NCBI GenBank assembly: GCA_964403585.1
Contig: CAYOFQ010000001.1
Span: 1,472,826 to 1,536,825 of the forward strand
Reading direction: 5' to 3'
Length of the DNA: 64,000 bases
Source: an uncultured Gammaproteobacteria bacterium
GTDB taxonomy: Bacteria > Patescibacteriota > Microgenomatia > JALYQM01
Made by a program: the position numbers and the translations under genes. This document shows positions 1 to 9,230 of the stretch, piece after piece. Below the pieces are notes generated by a model, which worked only from the letters and a program-made list of their open reading frames with translations, ran no database searches and was not told the origin of the DNA. Position 1 is the first letter of the stretch, and each line of letters begins with the position of its first letter.

Positions 1-863
1 CACCATATCTCTTCGATACTCTGCGTTTTTGTATCACCCATAATCAGCTCATTCTTCATATAGTTCACACAACAAGTAGTCACTAAGCCATCCCACAACA
101 CCACCGGATTAAACCAGGTAACCAGACAGGGATAACGGCAGGCAGCTTTCTTTTGCGTCGCTAATGACCGGTCGGTGGCACCACCACCATAGTTATGATA
201 CGGAGAAATCAGCACCTGATCCGCTACACCCCTCCAATACTGCTTAAATTCATCCAACTGATCGGCATTCTCTGTCATACCAATAAACTTTGCGATAAGA
301 AGTGGCTTCTTCGCGCCCATCTCCTTTTTAATTTCTGCAAATCGCCGCATATTTTTTACTACGACAGGAAATTGATCACGCCCCTTAATCCGCTTGTACG
401 TCTCGCTGTTCATAGCATCCAGAGATACATTTAACACATCCAGACCTGCTTCGATCAACTTTATCGAACGCTCCTCATCCAATAAAATCGCATTAGAGAA
501 AATCTCAATACGATGAGCAGCTTTTCTATCTTTTGCATACTTTATTAACTCATGCACACGGGGGTGAATAAGTGACTCTCCATCCTTAATAAGCGTCAAT
601 ACTTGAACCCCTCCATGGTCGGCAATCTCATCAATCAATCGCTGGTACAGGCCATCATCCATCAACCCTAAACCCCGATCAGTTAAATGGCGGGGACACA
701 TAATACACCTGAGATTACAGTGATTGGTCGTCTCAAGATTAATAGACATTGGAAAGTTCCAGCGCAATTTTTGCTTGAAAAATTCCTTTTGAACAACATG
801 ACTTTTCTTTAAATGATTTTCTGCAGCAAAAACTGCATTTTCAATGGGGGTAGGCAGATACAT
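1..863 (-). CDS. radical SAM protein with C-terminal SPASM/twitch-like Cys cluster, truncated at the window edge
   Basis: Reverse-strand translation from ATG at 863 reads MYLPTPIENAVFAAENHLKK...TTNHCNLRCIMCPRH, a CxxxCxxC radical SAM motif. Near the edge it reads CRYPCLVTWFNPVVLWDGLVTTCCVNY, an auxiliary-cluster-like Cys motif. There is no stop before position 1. Confidence 0.7.
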   Translation of the reverse strand, partial: MYLPTPIENAVFAAENHLKKSHVVQKEFFKQKLRWNFPMSINLETTNHCNLRCIMCPRHLTDRGLGLMDDGLYQRLIDEIADHGGVQVLTLIKDGESLIHPRVHELIKYAKDRKAAHRIEIFSNAILLDEERSIKLIEAGLDVLNVSLDAMNSETYKRIKGRDQFPVVVKNMRRFAEIKKEMGAKKPLLIAKFIGMTENADQLDEFKQYWRGVADQVLISPYHNYGGGATDRSLATQKKAACRYPCLVTWFNPVVLWDGLVTTCCVNYMKNELIMGDTKTQSIEEIW

Positions 864-865
864 GA

Positions 866-1075
866 TTATTTTTTTAGCAAACGGCTTCCTTTTTCGCCGT
901 CATAAGGACAGTGTATACAATGATTACCACAACAGTATCCCCGTCGCAAGTGGTAACGCCTGGTAAAAACATATCGTCCAAGCGAATCAATTTCATAATC
1001 TACATGCTCCACTAAAGGACGAAATTTCCGCTGATCATTCATAGGAAAATGTATAATAACACAAATAAAAACCAA
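866..1075 (-). CDS. Cys-rich 69-aa protein (C-terminal YCCGNHCIHCPYDG), translationally coupled to the downstream radical SAM gene
   Basis: Its stop codon lies 2 nt before the rSAM ATG. It has 4 Cys in 9 residues, including a CxxxCxxC-like spacing. It may be a RiPP-type precursor or a split rSAM fragment. Confidence 0.4.
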   Translation of the reverse strand: MVFICVIIHFPMNDQRKFRPLVEHVDYEIDSLGRYVFTRRYHLRRGYCCGNHCIHCPYDGEKGSRLLKK

Positions 1076-1592
1076 AACTGATACAGTTGAAGCAACAATG
1101 AATACCTACACGTATGCCATAAAATAGTGTATAAAAAATTTTAAGGTATATTTAAGTTAAAAGAATTTGAATTTTATAACCTTGGCTTAGTTGCGACTCA
1201 AAGAATACCTTACTTGGAAAGTGCACAAAATTGCGTAAAAAATTCGAGGTGTTTGAGCGAGTTTTAACGAGCGAGTTCTCGAATTTTAGCAATTTTGAAA
1301 CTTTCATCACTTCTTTGCCGGAGCAATTAAGACAAGGTATAAAAAGAATATACAAATTTCCGCTTGACCGTGTTCATGCGTAATGATATATCTTAATTCT
1401 AACTATATTAGAATTTAAAATGATTCAGAGTAGCTCGATTACTTATTCATCACAAGCACCAAGAATAATACTTACATTGCTCTGGTGAACAGAAAAAAAG
1501 AAACGGTTATTTTGATACAACGAAAATTCTAAGTAAAAAAGAAATTATATATTATTTTTAATTAACTCGTCTCTCTATAAGGAGGAACCCGT

Positions 1593-2441
1593 ATGCTTGA
1601 TAAAGTAAAGTTAGGCATAGCCGCAGTAAGTGTTAGCTCTGCAGCTGCCTTAACATTTGTTCCCGCTGTGTTTGCACAGAATACTACAACACAAGCAGCT
1701 ACACCGTCTGCTTCACCCGCAGCAAATGCATCAGTCCGCGTAGTACACGCTTCACCAGATGCACCCGCAGTTGACGTATATATTGATGACAAGAGATTCT
1801 TGGCATCATTGTCATTCCGCCGTGTTACCGGTTATGCCAAAATTCCTTCCGGCCGACATACCTTAAAGGTATACCCAACATCAGCCGCCGGAAAAGGTAA
1901 TCCTGTTATTACTCAAGACTTGGATCTTAACGCAGGCTGGGACTACACCGTTGCCGTAAACGGAAGACTTGCTAATGTAGCAGCTAAAGTTTTCAGCGAC
2001 AATTTGAACGTTCCAGGCGCTGGTAAAACCAACGTTCGTGTATACCACCTCTCACCAAACGCTCCTGCTATTAACGTAGCAGTTAAAGGTGGAGATGCAT
2101 TAGTACGAAACTTAAGTTTCCCGAATGCAACTGATTACCTCCAGGTTGATAGCAAGGCGTACAACCTTGAAGTTCAGACAGCTACCGACAGCAAATCAGT
2201 ACTCGACATCGGCAGAGTATCTCTCCCTGCGAACGCAGTAGAGTCAGTATTTGCTTTCGGCTTCGTTGGTGGTGAAAAACCGGCATTATCAGTAGTTCCT
2301 GTTGTAGATCGCCGTGGTGCATCTGCAACTCCGGCTACCGGTGCTGAACAATCCTTCTCCTTCATGGCCCTTGTTGCCGGCATGGTAGCCGCATCAGGTG
2401 TTGTGCTTAAGAAGATTGCCACAATCTCAGAGCAGAACTAA
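1593..2441 (+). CDS. secreted DUF4397-like repeat protein with signal peptide and C-terminal hydrophobic anchor
   Basis: AAGGAGG RBS at 1578. N-terminal signal peptide ending AVFAQ. Two internal repeats (VRVVHASPDAPAVDVY / VRVYHLSPNAPAINVA). Hydrophobic C-terminus. Followed by a terminator. Confidence 0.6.
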   Translation: MLDKVKLGIAAVSVSSAAALTFVPAVFAQNTTTQAATPSASPAANASVRVVHASPDAPAVDVYIDDKRFLASLSFRRVTGYAKIPSGRHTLKVYPTSAAGKGNPVITQDLDLNAGWDYTVAVNGRLANVAAKVFSDNLNVPGAGKTNVRVYHLSPNAPAINVAVKGGDALVRNLSFPNATDYLQVDSKAYNLEVQTATDSKSVLDIGRVSLPANAVESVFAFGFVGGEKPALSVVPVVDRRGASATPATGAEQSFSFMALVAGMVAASGVVLKKIATISEQN

Positions 2442-2463
2442 AATTTCTATCTGAAAAAAACTA

Positions 2464-2496
2464 AAAGACGGAACTAACCTTCCGTCTTTTTTTTTG
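2464..2496 (+). terminator. rho-independent terminator
   Basis: Stem agacggaa / ttccgtct with loop ctaacc, followed by a T9 tract. Confidence 0.7.
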
Positions 2497-2520
2497 CGAT
2501 TTTTTTTGTGATAAAAATTA

Positions 2521-2549
2521 TTGACACCCATGATATAATATTTTATACT
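2521..2549 (+). promoter_or_regulatory. sigma70-type promoter (TTGACA-N17-TATACT)
   Basis: TTGACA at 2521, 17-nt spacer, TATACT at 2544. GGAGG RBS before the ATG at 2583. Confidence 0.5.
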
Positions 2550-2582
2550 GTACGTATTATAAAGTAGTAACGGAGGCTGTCC

Positions 2583-2882
2583 ATGAATACTACAGATAAT
2601 AATCTGCAGGATAATGCACTGAATAACAGTACCAATTATGGTAATACAGTGCCGAACCAGCCGGACAATACCGTAAATCCTGGATCCAAGAAGGATTACG
2701 ATACCGGTGCCGATACAGATCGCAGCGAGCATGACATCGCTGAAAATAAAATTAACGATTATAAGGATCGTGACGACGATCAGGATTTCGTAGTCGTTGG
2801 AAGATTTAATTCATCATCTCGCTATGATTCCGGACTCAATGGTTCGGCTGGCCAATATTTCGATGAAGAAGATGATTGGTAA
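2583..2882 (+). CDS. small acidic Asn/Asp-rich low-complexity protein
   Basis: ORF with its own promoter, RBS and terminator. Composition suggests an intrinsically disordered protein. Confidence 0.45.
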   Translation: MNTTDNNLQDNALNNSTNYGNTVPNQPDNTVNPGSKKDYDTGADTDRSEHDIAENKINDYKDRDDDQDFVVVGRFNSSSRYDSGLNGSAGQYFDEEDDW

Positions 2883-2902
2883 AACTCAGGTATATATCCT
2901 TA

Positions 2903-2930
2903 AACGGACTCGGAAAGAGTCCGTTTTATT
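2903..2930 (+). terminator. hairpin terminator between convergent genes
   Basis: aacggactc ggaaa gagtccgtt followed by ttatt. Confidence 0.5.
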
Positions 2931-2936
2931 GTTGAT

Positions 2937-3416
2937 CTAAATACTCAACTCACTTGCCCATTGTTCAATAGCGTCGGTATATAAATCAGCTACATCAATT
3001 ACTTTAAACACCGTTCCCACTAATTTCCCGTTTGCTTTCTTAACCGTTTCCTCAAGTAGAACTGCTGCATTACACGTAAAAGTATAGCTATAGTGACCAA
3101 CCCCAAAAACCGCAACCGGTTTCTGACCGAAGTCGTACGTCTGCAGTTGACCTGCAAAAGGCTTCATATCAACCTGCAGATTCCCCTGTATATTCTTATT
3201 CTGATCTTTTCCGTTCAAACCATCCTGACGCTTCCCATCCCAAGTTGAAGAACCCAGCACAACCAAATCATAATTCTTTAATTCATCAATCGAAGCGTTC
3301 TTCACATCCTTTACCGTAACCTCAAAACCGCCCTTTTCCAACCCCGCCTTCACAAACTGCGCCAGAAAAGCAGTATTTCCACTTGTACTTCCGTATATAA
3401 CTAAAGCTTTGTTCAT
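2937..3416 (-). CDS. flavodoxin (short-chain)
   Basis: MNKALVIYGSTSGNTA matches the flavodoxin FMN-binding start. Residues LVVLGSSTWDG also match. The internal Met at 3416 is preferred over the ORF start at 3440. Confidence 0.8.
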   Translation of the reverse strand: MNKALVIYGSTSGNTAFLAQFVKAGLEKGGFEVTVKDVKNASIDELKNYDLVVLGSSTWDGKRQDGLNGKDQNKNIQGNLQVDMKPFAGQLQTYDFGQKPVAVFGVGHYSYTFTCNAAVLLEETVKKANGKLVGTVFKVIDVADLYTDAIEQWASELSI

Positions 3417-3542
3417 AAATATAAATTCTGTCAAAACCACTGCAGCGAATCTTTTCTGTGCGACTCGAACGCATTAGTTGCGTGAGCGAGGGCGACAGCC
3501 CGGGAGCAACAGAAAAGTTCGCAAATAGGTTTTGACTCAATC

Positions 3543-3839
3543 TTAAAAGCTTTTCTTCACCCCAACCTCATCAATCGCCGGAAAAATCTTCTTCACCTCA
3601 TCTCGAAACTTATCAGCCAAATTTGAAGAAAACGTAGCCTTACTACCATTCTCCATATGCTTACATAATTTTCGCTCCCAGAACTGCGTAATATCAAGTA
3701 CCTCTTTACCCATAGTATCAAATTCTTCTTTAAATTTCTTCTTATCTTTCAAATAATCCTGATTCAGAATCATAAACTTCTGAAAAAGCTCCTTATTCTG
3801 ATCCACCATCATATTAAAAAATTCTTTGTATTTAACCAT
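3543..3839 (-). CDS. hypothetical Lys/Glu-rich protein
   Basis: 98-aa ORF. No recognised motif. Confidence 0.4.
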   Translation of the reverse strand: MVKYKEFFNMMVDQNKELFQKFMILNQDYLKDKKKFKEEFDTMGKEVLDITQFWERKLCKHMENGSKATFSSNLADKFRDEVKKIFPAIDEVGVKKSF

Positions 3840-3923
3840 AAGTACTCCAAAAAATCCTTACTGACTATATGTACCTGAAAAAAAGAAATTATTCAAGAAT
3901 TGTAAATGATATACTTAACACCT

Positions 3924-4781
3924 ATGCAGGAACCTACCATCGGCTTTATCGGACTCGGACTCATGGGCAAACCCATGGCATTCAATATTCTCAAACATGG
4001 ATATTCGGTAGTTGTCTACAATCGGACAATCGAAAAAACAAAAGAATTACAGAAACAGGGAGCTCACGTTGCAAACTCATTAAAAGAACTTGGTGCACAA
4101 TCAGATATTATCATCACGATGGTCACTGCAGCCGAAGATGTCCGTCAGGTACTGCTATCCGAAGAAGGCGCACTAAATACCGCCAGACCAGGAACAATAG
4201 TTATAGACATGTCTACTATTGGTCCATCGGCTACAAAAAAAATCAATGATGAAATTCTCCAGCGCTCCATGCATTTTATTGACGCCCCGGTTACCGGCAG
4301 CACCCCGGGAGCAATCAACGGCACCCTTACTATTTTCATTGGTGCAACCCAGGAAGATTTTCAGTCAGCCCAACCTGTTCTTGAGTCTATGGGCAAAAAC
4401 CTCCAACACATTGGTCCGGTAGGAACCGGCCAGGCCATTAAAATGATTAATAATCATCTCATCGCAGCCATCACTGAAGCAGTCGCCGAAGGTATGATTT
4501 TGGCAGATAATATGAACCTCCCCCGTGACAAAGTAGCCGAAGTAATAAAAACCACTGCTCTCGCCTCGCCATTAGTAAACATGCGATTGGATAAATATAC
4601 CAGCGAAGATTTTGCATTATTATTCAGCATGGCAAATATGCACAAAGATCTGGAACTCGCCTCAAATGAAAGCGCTGTCGAACTTCCTGTTCTTAATACA
4701 GTCAAAAAACAGCTCGAAAAAGGGATCACACAAAACCTCGCAGAAGAAGACTTCTCTACAGTAATCAAAACACTTACCTAA
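3924..4781 (+). CDS. NAD(P)-dependent oxidoreductase, 3-hydroxyisobutyrate dehydrogenase / 2-hydroxy-3-oxopropionate reductase family
   Basis: N-terminal IGFIGLGLMG Rossmann motif. Family-typical length and the ...DAPVTGS... core. Confidence 0.75.
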   Translation: MQEPTIGFIGLGLMGKPMAFNILKHGYSVVVYNRTIEKTKELQKQGAHVANSLKELGAQSDIIITMVTAAEDVRQVLLSEEGALNTARPGTIVIDMSTIGPSATKKINDEILQRSMHFIDAPVTGSTPGAINGTLTIFIGATQEDFQSAQPVLESMGKNLQHIGPVGTGQAIKMINNHLIAAITEAVAEGMILADNMNLPRDKVAEVIKTTALASPLVNMRLDKYTSEDFALLFSMANMHKDLELASNESAVELPVLNTVKKQLEKGITQNLAEEDFSTVIKTLT

Positions 4782-4823
4782 CGATTCATAGCTACCTGAA
4801 TAATTTTATGCTATCGTATATTT

Positions 4824-6122
4824 ATGGAAATACCCCGTATTCTTATCGTTGGTGGCGGCTTTGCCGGAATATTCTGTGCTAAAAAGCTCTACCAATTATG
4901 CGGGGATGCAGTACAAATTACCCTTGTTTCCAATAAACCCCATTTCGAATACCACGCTGCACTCTATCGGGTCGTCAACGAAGGCACTCCCCTTCAGGCG
5001 TGTATTCCATTACGGGATATTTTCAAAGACATGAATATAGAAGTTATTGTCGACACCATCGAGTCCGTCGACACTAAGGCTAATATCGCTTACAACACCA
5101 ACCGCGAAAGATACCGCTACGATCACATCGTACTCGCCCTCGGCAGCGAAAATGCCTACTTTGGAATCCCCGGAGTAAGTAAGTACTCCTATTCCATGCG
5201 CACTATTCCGGAAGCACTCAAACTGGCCAGGCATATTCATGAAACTCTAGAGGAACACAAAAATGACGATAATAGCAACCACTTAATGGAAATAGCTGTT
5301 ATTGGCGGCGGGCCTGCCGGAGTAGAACTTGCCGGTGAACTCGCTGTGCATACAAGAGAAGTTGTCGCCAAACACCACTTAAAAGATTCGGCCGTTCAAA
5401 TTGAACTTATAGAGGCAATGGATCAGATTATGCCGATGCTTTCTCCCCAGGAAACCCAACACATAACTGCTCGGCTTGAAGCATTGGGAGTAAAAGTTTT
5501 GACTAAAACCAAAGTTCAGGAAGGAATCGAAACCGGACTCAAAACAGATACCGGTATCATAAAAACCAAAACCGTCATTTGGACTGCCGGGGCTAAAGCA
5601 CACTGCAAATATACCGACTGGGGCTTTGTCACCGGCAAAGGCGGAAAAGTTGAAGTTAATAACTTCTTGCAAGCACAAATTACTGAACCCCAGGTTCCCG
5701 GACACGAAGCACTTGAAGGTAAACCGGTTGAGAACACCAATAAAAAATATCATTCCAACGTATTTATTGTCGGAGACGGCGCTAATGTTAAAGCCTCCGG
5801 ACAAGCGCTGCCTGCTAAAATCATGGGCGAAACAGCCGCCCGCAATATTTGCAACAGCCTCAATAAACAGTCACTCCAAAATTATGAGGCTCCCTTACCA
5901 CTGTTAATTCTTCCTGTAGGTCACCGTTGGGCCTTTGCCAAAATTGGCGCCTGGAAACTTTCGGGAATACTTGGGGCAATAGTATATAAATTGTGGAATC
6001 TCTACTTTTTTAGCGTCTTACTTTCGTTTTCAAAGGCACTGGGCATGTCCCGCCGCGAACATCAAACCTGCGATATCTGTGAGACCTGCATGCATCACCA
6101 TACACAACAATTAACCTACTAA
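4824..6122 (+). CDS. ndh: type II NADH:quinone oxidoreductase (NDH-2)
   Basis: Two dinucleotide-binding motifs (ILIVGGGFAG and IAVIGGGPAGVELAGE). C-terminal hydrophobic tail. Confidence 0.75.
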   Translation: MEIPRILIVGGGFAGIFCAKKLYQLCGDAVQITLVSNKPHFEYHAALYRVVNEGTPLQACIPLRDIFKDMNIEVIVDTIESVDTKANIAYNTNRERYRYDHIVLALGSENAYFGIPGVSKYSYSMRTIPEALKLARHIHETLEEHKNDDNSNHLMEIAVIGGGPAGVELAGELAVHTREVVAKHHLKDSAVQIELIEAMDQIMPMLSPQETQHITARLEALGVKVLTKTKVQEGIETGLKTDTGIIKTKTVIWTAGAKAHCKYTDWGFVTGKGGKVEVNNFLQAQITEPQVPGHEALEGKPVENTNKKYHSNVFIVGDGANVKASGQALPAKIMGETAARNICNSLNKQSLQNYEAPLPLLILPVGHRWAFAKIGAWKLSGILGAIVYKLWNLYFFSVLLSFSKALGMSRREHQTCDICETCMHHHTQQLTY

Positions 6123-9100
6123 ACAACGAAAGAAGCCAAGCGTTCTTTTTTATCCTGAACAAACGCATCAATTTCGCCCTTTAAGTTGATTGAATCCCAA
6201 AGACTAACCCGCGTTCCAAAGCGTTCATGTACCGAATAAATAGATTTCAACAGCTGAACACAATGCATTAATTCAGACAATGTTTCACAACGATCTAAAT
6301 AAGGCAAATACTCTTTAGTGCGTATATCCCAATATCTGGTATTTGCTGCGAAGAAAACAAAAAGCGGATCAGAAAAAAGTTTATCAATAGAATCGTTACG
6401 CTCATGACTTTGTTTTATATACTCACTCGGCAATAGCGAAGGAGGTCTGATATGAGACGCATAATCTTGATAAGTATCGGTAAATATATCCATTATGAAG
6501 GCTACCGTTCGATAATGACGATAGAGATTTATAACACCTTCAGGTGTAAGTACTTTTCCTTCAAGCTTAGCGGCATATTCAGTATTACGTTGCCTAATAA
6601 CCTCCAGAAGTTTCTTGTGTAAAGAATAGGGCCATTCACGACATGCCGACATATCATGGGTGTCCCGACGTACATCTCGTATTCCAATTTCAATATGAGA
6701 ATTATAGAAAAGATTTAAGCTATTCATCATAGTTAGAAAGGCTTCCTCAGTGAGTTCATCATCCAACCACTTCTCTACATTGCGCTGCAGATATTTACCA
6801 TAATCCCCTTGTTCCCAACAATCAATTACCTCATCAAAATAGTACTTCAAAGATTGATAACCTTTCTGTTCACGCAATGTCTTTAATGCTTCAAGTACAT
6901 TCTTTCTCGGACCATCAGGATGAGAAATCCATTCAAAAAATTCGGCAATACTCATTAATTCACGTCGCGCATATTTTTCATTAAGATCTATCAGAATATG
7001 CTCACTAACAAAGTCATGCATATGCCCCTGCTCACTATTTCGGGAAACCAATAAACCTTCTCGCATATCAATAAACCCGACAGTTCTTTCCAAACGAAGC
7101 CAATCAGCCTGCTGCTTATTTGACGCAACGATCATCACACCCTTAAACATTTTCATCCGCTCATCAACAAACGAAACTAATCCTCTTAAGTTACGCAAGG
7201 ATAAACTGTTCTCAAATTCATCAATAATCACAACTACCGGTTCATCAATACTTAAATGCACGGCATAATTAAGTACCGATCGTTCATAGCCAGACGGCTT
7301 ATACCCTTTTTTAAACCACTCCCGATTAATTCCTTCCAATAGGTTATTGTCCGAAAAGTAAGTTAAAATATCTTCTTCCAATTCCTCATCTTCAACCTGG
7401 CCGGTAACCCAAGTTCGTATTCTATCTGGACTATATGATTTGTGCGTTAATGTGTGGGTATATTTCAGCATCACCGTCCCAACTAACGTTCGCAAGTCAC
7501 CATTCATCTCATCAGTCAAGCAAAAAAACCTTCGCTTCCGTTCAGCCGCACTCATTGAGCGCAAGTCAGTTCCATTCCACCTGATTTGGGTATCTTCAAG
7601 TCGACCAACGTGAACACCACTGAGTGTATTTATAAGAGTACTCTTTCCATCTCCGTTTTCACCAATTAACAAGGCGATCTCCCCTGCATTAAGCGTTAAA
7701 GGATGCCCCGCATCCAGGATCGCCACAGTATCAATAGGTGCTTTTTTGCGACGATCAATATGCGGTAATCCAATTGACTGCATTTGCAAGCTAAATTCAG
7801 GTTGATTCCAATCAACCTCCAAACCTTTATACGGTTCAAGTAATGTATCGGTTAACGGACCACGGGCACCTTTAATCGATTCCAGGATACCTCGCAATCG
7901 GTCAAAGGCAGTCTCACGCTGAGCTAATGAAGATCGGAATTGTACATACGAGTCATTAATAAACAAAAACTGCTGCACAGCACGGCTCAATGCCAAAGCC
8001 GGACCTGCTGCCGAATCACCGATTCCAGCCAAAAAAGTAGCGGCCGACAATGAAGAAGGGAATAAATCACCTACTGCCGAGGCAACGTAATTTTTATGCA
8101 TGGCAATTTGTTGCCGATTATTTTGAAGAGTATCATCACCCTCAGTTAAGCCAACCTCATACTCTACTCGTGCTAATCTTTCTTTATTTTGCACCGCATC
8201 ATCAATCTTTTTAGCCACTTCACCAAATCTCTGGGAATACTCATCAAGTAAACTCACCCGCAAACGCCGGCCAAGGAATAACGATGGTATACCAATAATT
8301 CCTGAATAGAGTCCACTCCACAATAAACTTGCATTTCCGTCTTTTACAAATCCGGCAGTTCCAATACCCAAAGACAACCCCAACCAGGTAGAAAACGCAC
8401 TCACCCGAGCTGAACGGTACAAATACTCATTCGCATCAGCAACTAATATTTGGTTAACCAGAACATCCGCGACTAAATCAGGATCATAAGGCGATAATGT
8501 TCTCCGAATATCTGAAGCTAAATACCCGCTAACACCTCGCATCCGGTTCACAATATCAAAAGTCATTGCACTCAAAGCTTTATCCAATTGTCCAACCGGA
8601 ATTCGAGCCACAATAAACGCTGCAGTTGTCGGACCCGAAACAGTCGCAGCACCTTCCATCGAGGATAACAACAATGAAGTCAAACCGGTTCGAACAGGCG
8701 CATCGATCATGTCCCCGGCGATAGTATCAAAACGGTTACCCCAATATGCAGTAAATTCGGGACTTACCCGCTCATATTCCTTAAGAATACCTTTCTTAAA
8801 AAGAGCATCTGATAACCAATCGCGAACAATAGTTTTCTGATCAGTTTCCCGCAAATCACCACCACGCTCTTCAAACCAAACTTCCCATGGCAGTAAACCA
8901 ACGTGGACCCCTGTTTTTCTAATCATGGTCAGAACTTTAAGCGAAGCCTCAGTAATATTCTGGGCAGCATCATCAACTTTCTCTGCGACCGTAAAAACCC
9001 GGCGTACAAACCGATCTATAGCCCGACTTTCCTTTGCCTCTTGGAGCTCAATCTGGTAAGATCGTCTATCGGCAGCAAAGTCGCGCCCTTCCTGCCGAAA

Positions 9101-9160
9101 AATGCTTTCTAATTTAGAACTACCAGTCACGGTTTGAGATGCTAAATATTCGGGTATCAT
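6119..9160 (-). CDS. 1013-aa protein: hydrophobic N-terminal region + ABC-type ATPase domain + ~300-aa C-terminal domain of unknown function
   Basis: Walker A LLIGENGDGKST. Signature-like SGYER. Walker B VVVIIDEFENSLS. Several hydrophobic segments in residues 150-300. Monocistronic, flanked by a convergent and a divergent gene. Confidence 0.6.
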   Translation of the reverse strand: MIPEYLASQTVTGSSKLESIFRQEGRDFAADRRSYQIELQEAKESRAIDRFVRRVFTVAEKVDDAAQNITEASLKVLTMIRKTGVHVGLLPWEVWFEERGGDLRETDQKTIVRDWLSDALFKKGILKEYERVSPEFTAYWGNRFDTIAGDMIDAPVRTGLTSLLLSSMEGAATVSGPTTAAFIVARIPVGQLDKALSAMTFDIVNRMRGVSGYLASDIRRTLSPYDPDLVADVLVNQILVADANEYLYRSARVSAFSTWLGLSLGIGTAGFVKDGNASLLWSGLYSGIIGIPSLFLGRRLRVSLLDEYSQRFGEVAKKIDDAVQNKERLARVEYEVGLTEGDDTLQNNRQQIAMHKNYVASAVGDLFPSSLSAATFLAGIGDSAAGPALALSRAVQQFLFINDSYVQFRSSLAQRETAFDRLRGILESIKGARGPLTDTLLEPYKGLEVDWNQPEFSLQMQSIGLPHIDRRKKAPIDTVAILDAGHPLTLNAGEIALLIGENGDGKSTLINTLSGVHVGRLEDTQIRWNGTDLRSMSAAERKRRFFCLTDEMNGDLRTLVGTVMLKYTHTLTHKSYSPDRIRTWVTGQVEDEELEEDILTYFSDNNLLEGINREWFKKGYKPSGYERSVLNYAVHLSIDEPVVVIIDEFENSLSLRNLRGLVSFVDERMKMFKGVMIVASNKQQADWLRLERTVGFIDMREGLLVSRNSEQGHMHDFVSEHILIDLNEKYARRELMSIAEFFEWISHPDGPRKNVLEALKTLREQKGYQSLKYYFDEVIDCWEQGDYGKYLQRNVEKWLDDELTEEAFLTMMNSLNLFYNSHIEIGIRDVRRDTHDMSACREWPYSLHKKLLEVIRQRNTEYAAKLEGKVLTPEGVINLYRHYRTVAFIMDIFTDTYQDYASHIRPPSLLPSEYIKQSHERNDSIDKLFSDPLFVFFAANTRYWDIRTKEYLPYLDRCETLSELMHCVQLLKSIYSVHERFGTRVSLWDSINLKGEIDAFVQDKKERLASFVV

Positions 9161-9230
9161 AAATTAATTGCATAACTATATCATACTATAGGTCATTTTA
9201 CAATTATGCATTTTGAGGTAATATCACCCT

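Noticed and set aside
1152-1355. 67-aa ORF in the AT-rich region upstream of the DUF4397 gene
   Set aside because: It lies in a promoter-like AT-rich intergenic stretch. It has no RBS and an implausible composition.
3425-3535. tRNA-like sequence (TTCGAGT T-loop-like hairpin flanked by gcgaact / gattcgc)
   Set aside because: The acceptor-stem complement is 6 nt out of register with the T-arm. There is no anticodon or D-arm geometry and no CCA context. I interpret it as a regulatory hairpin.
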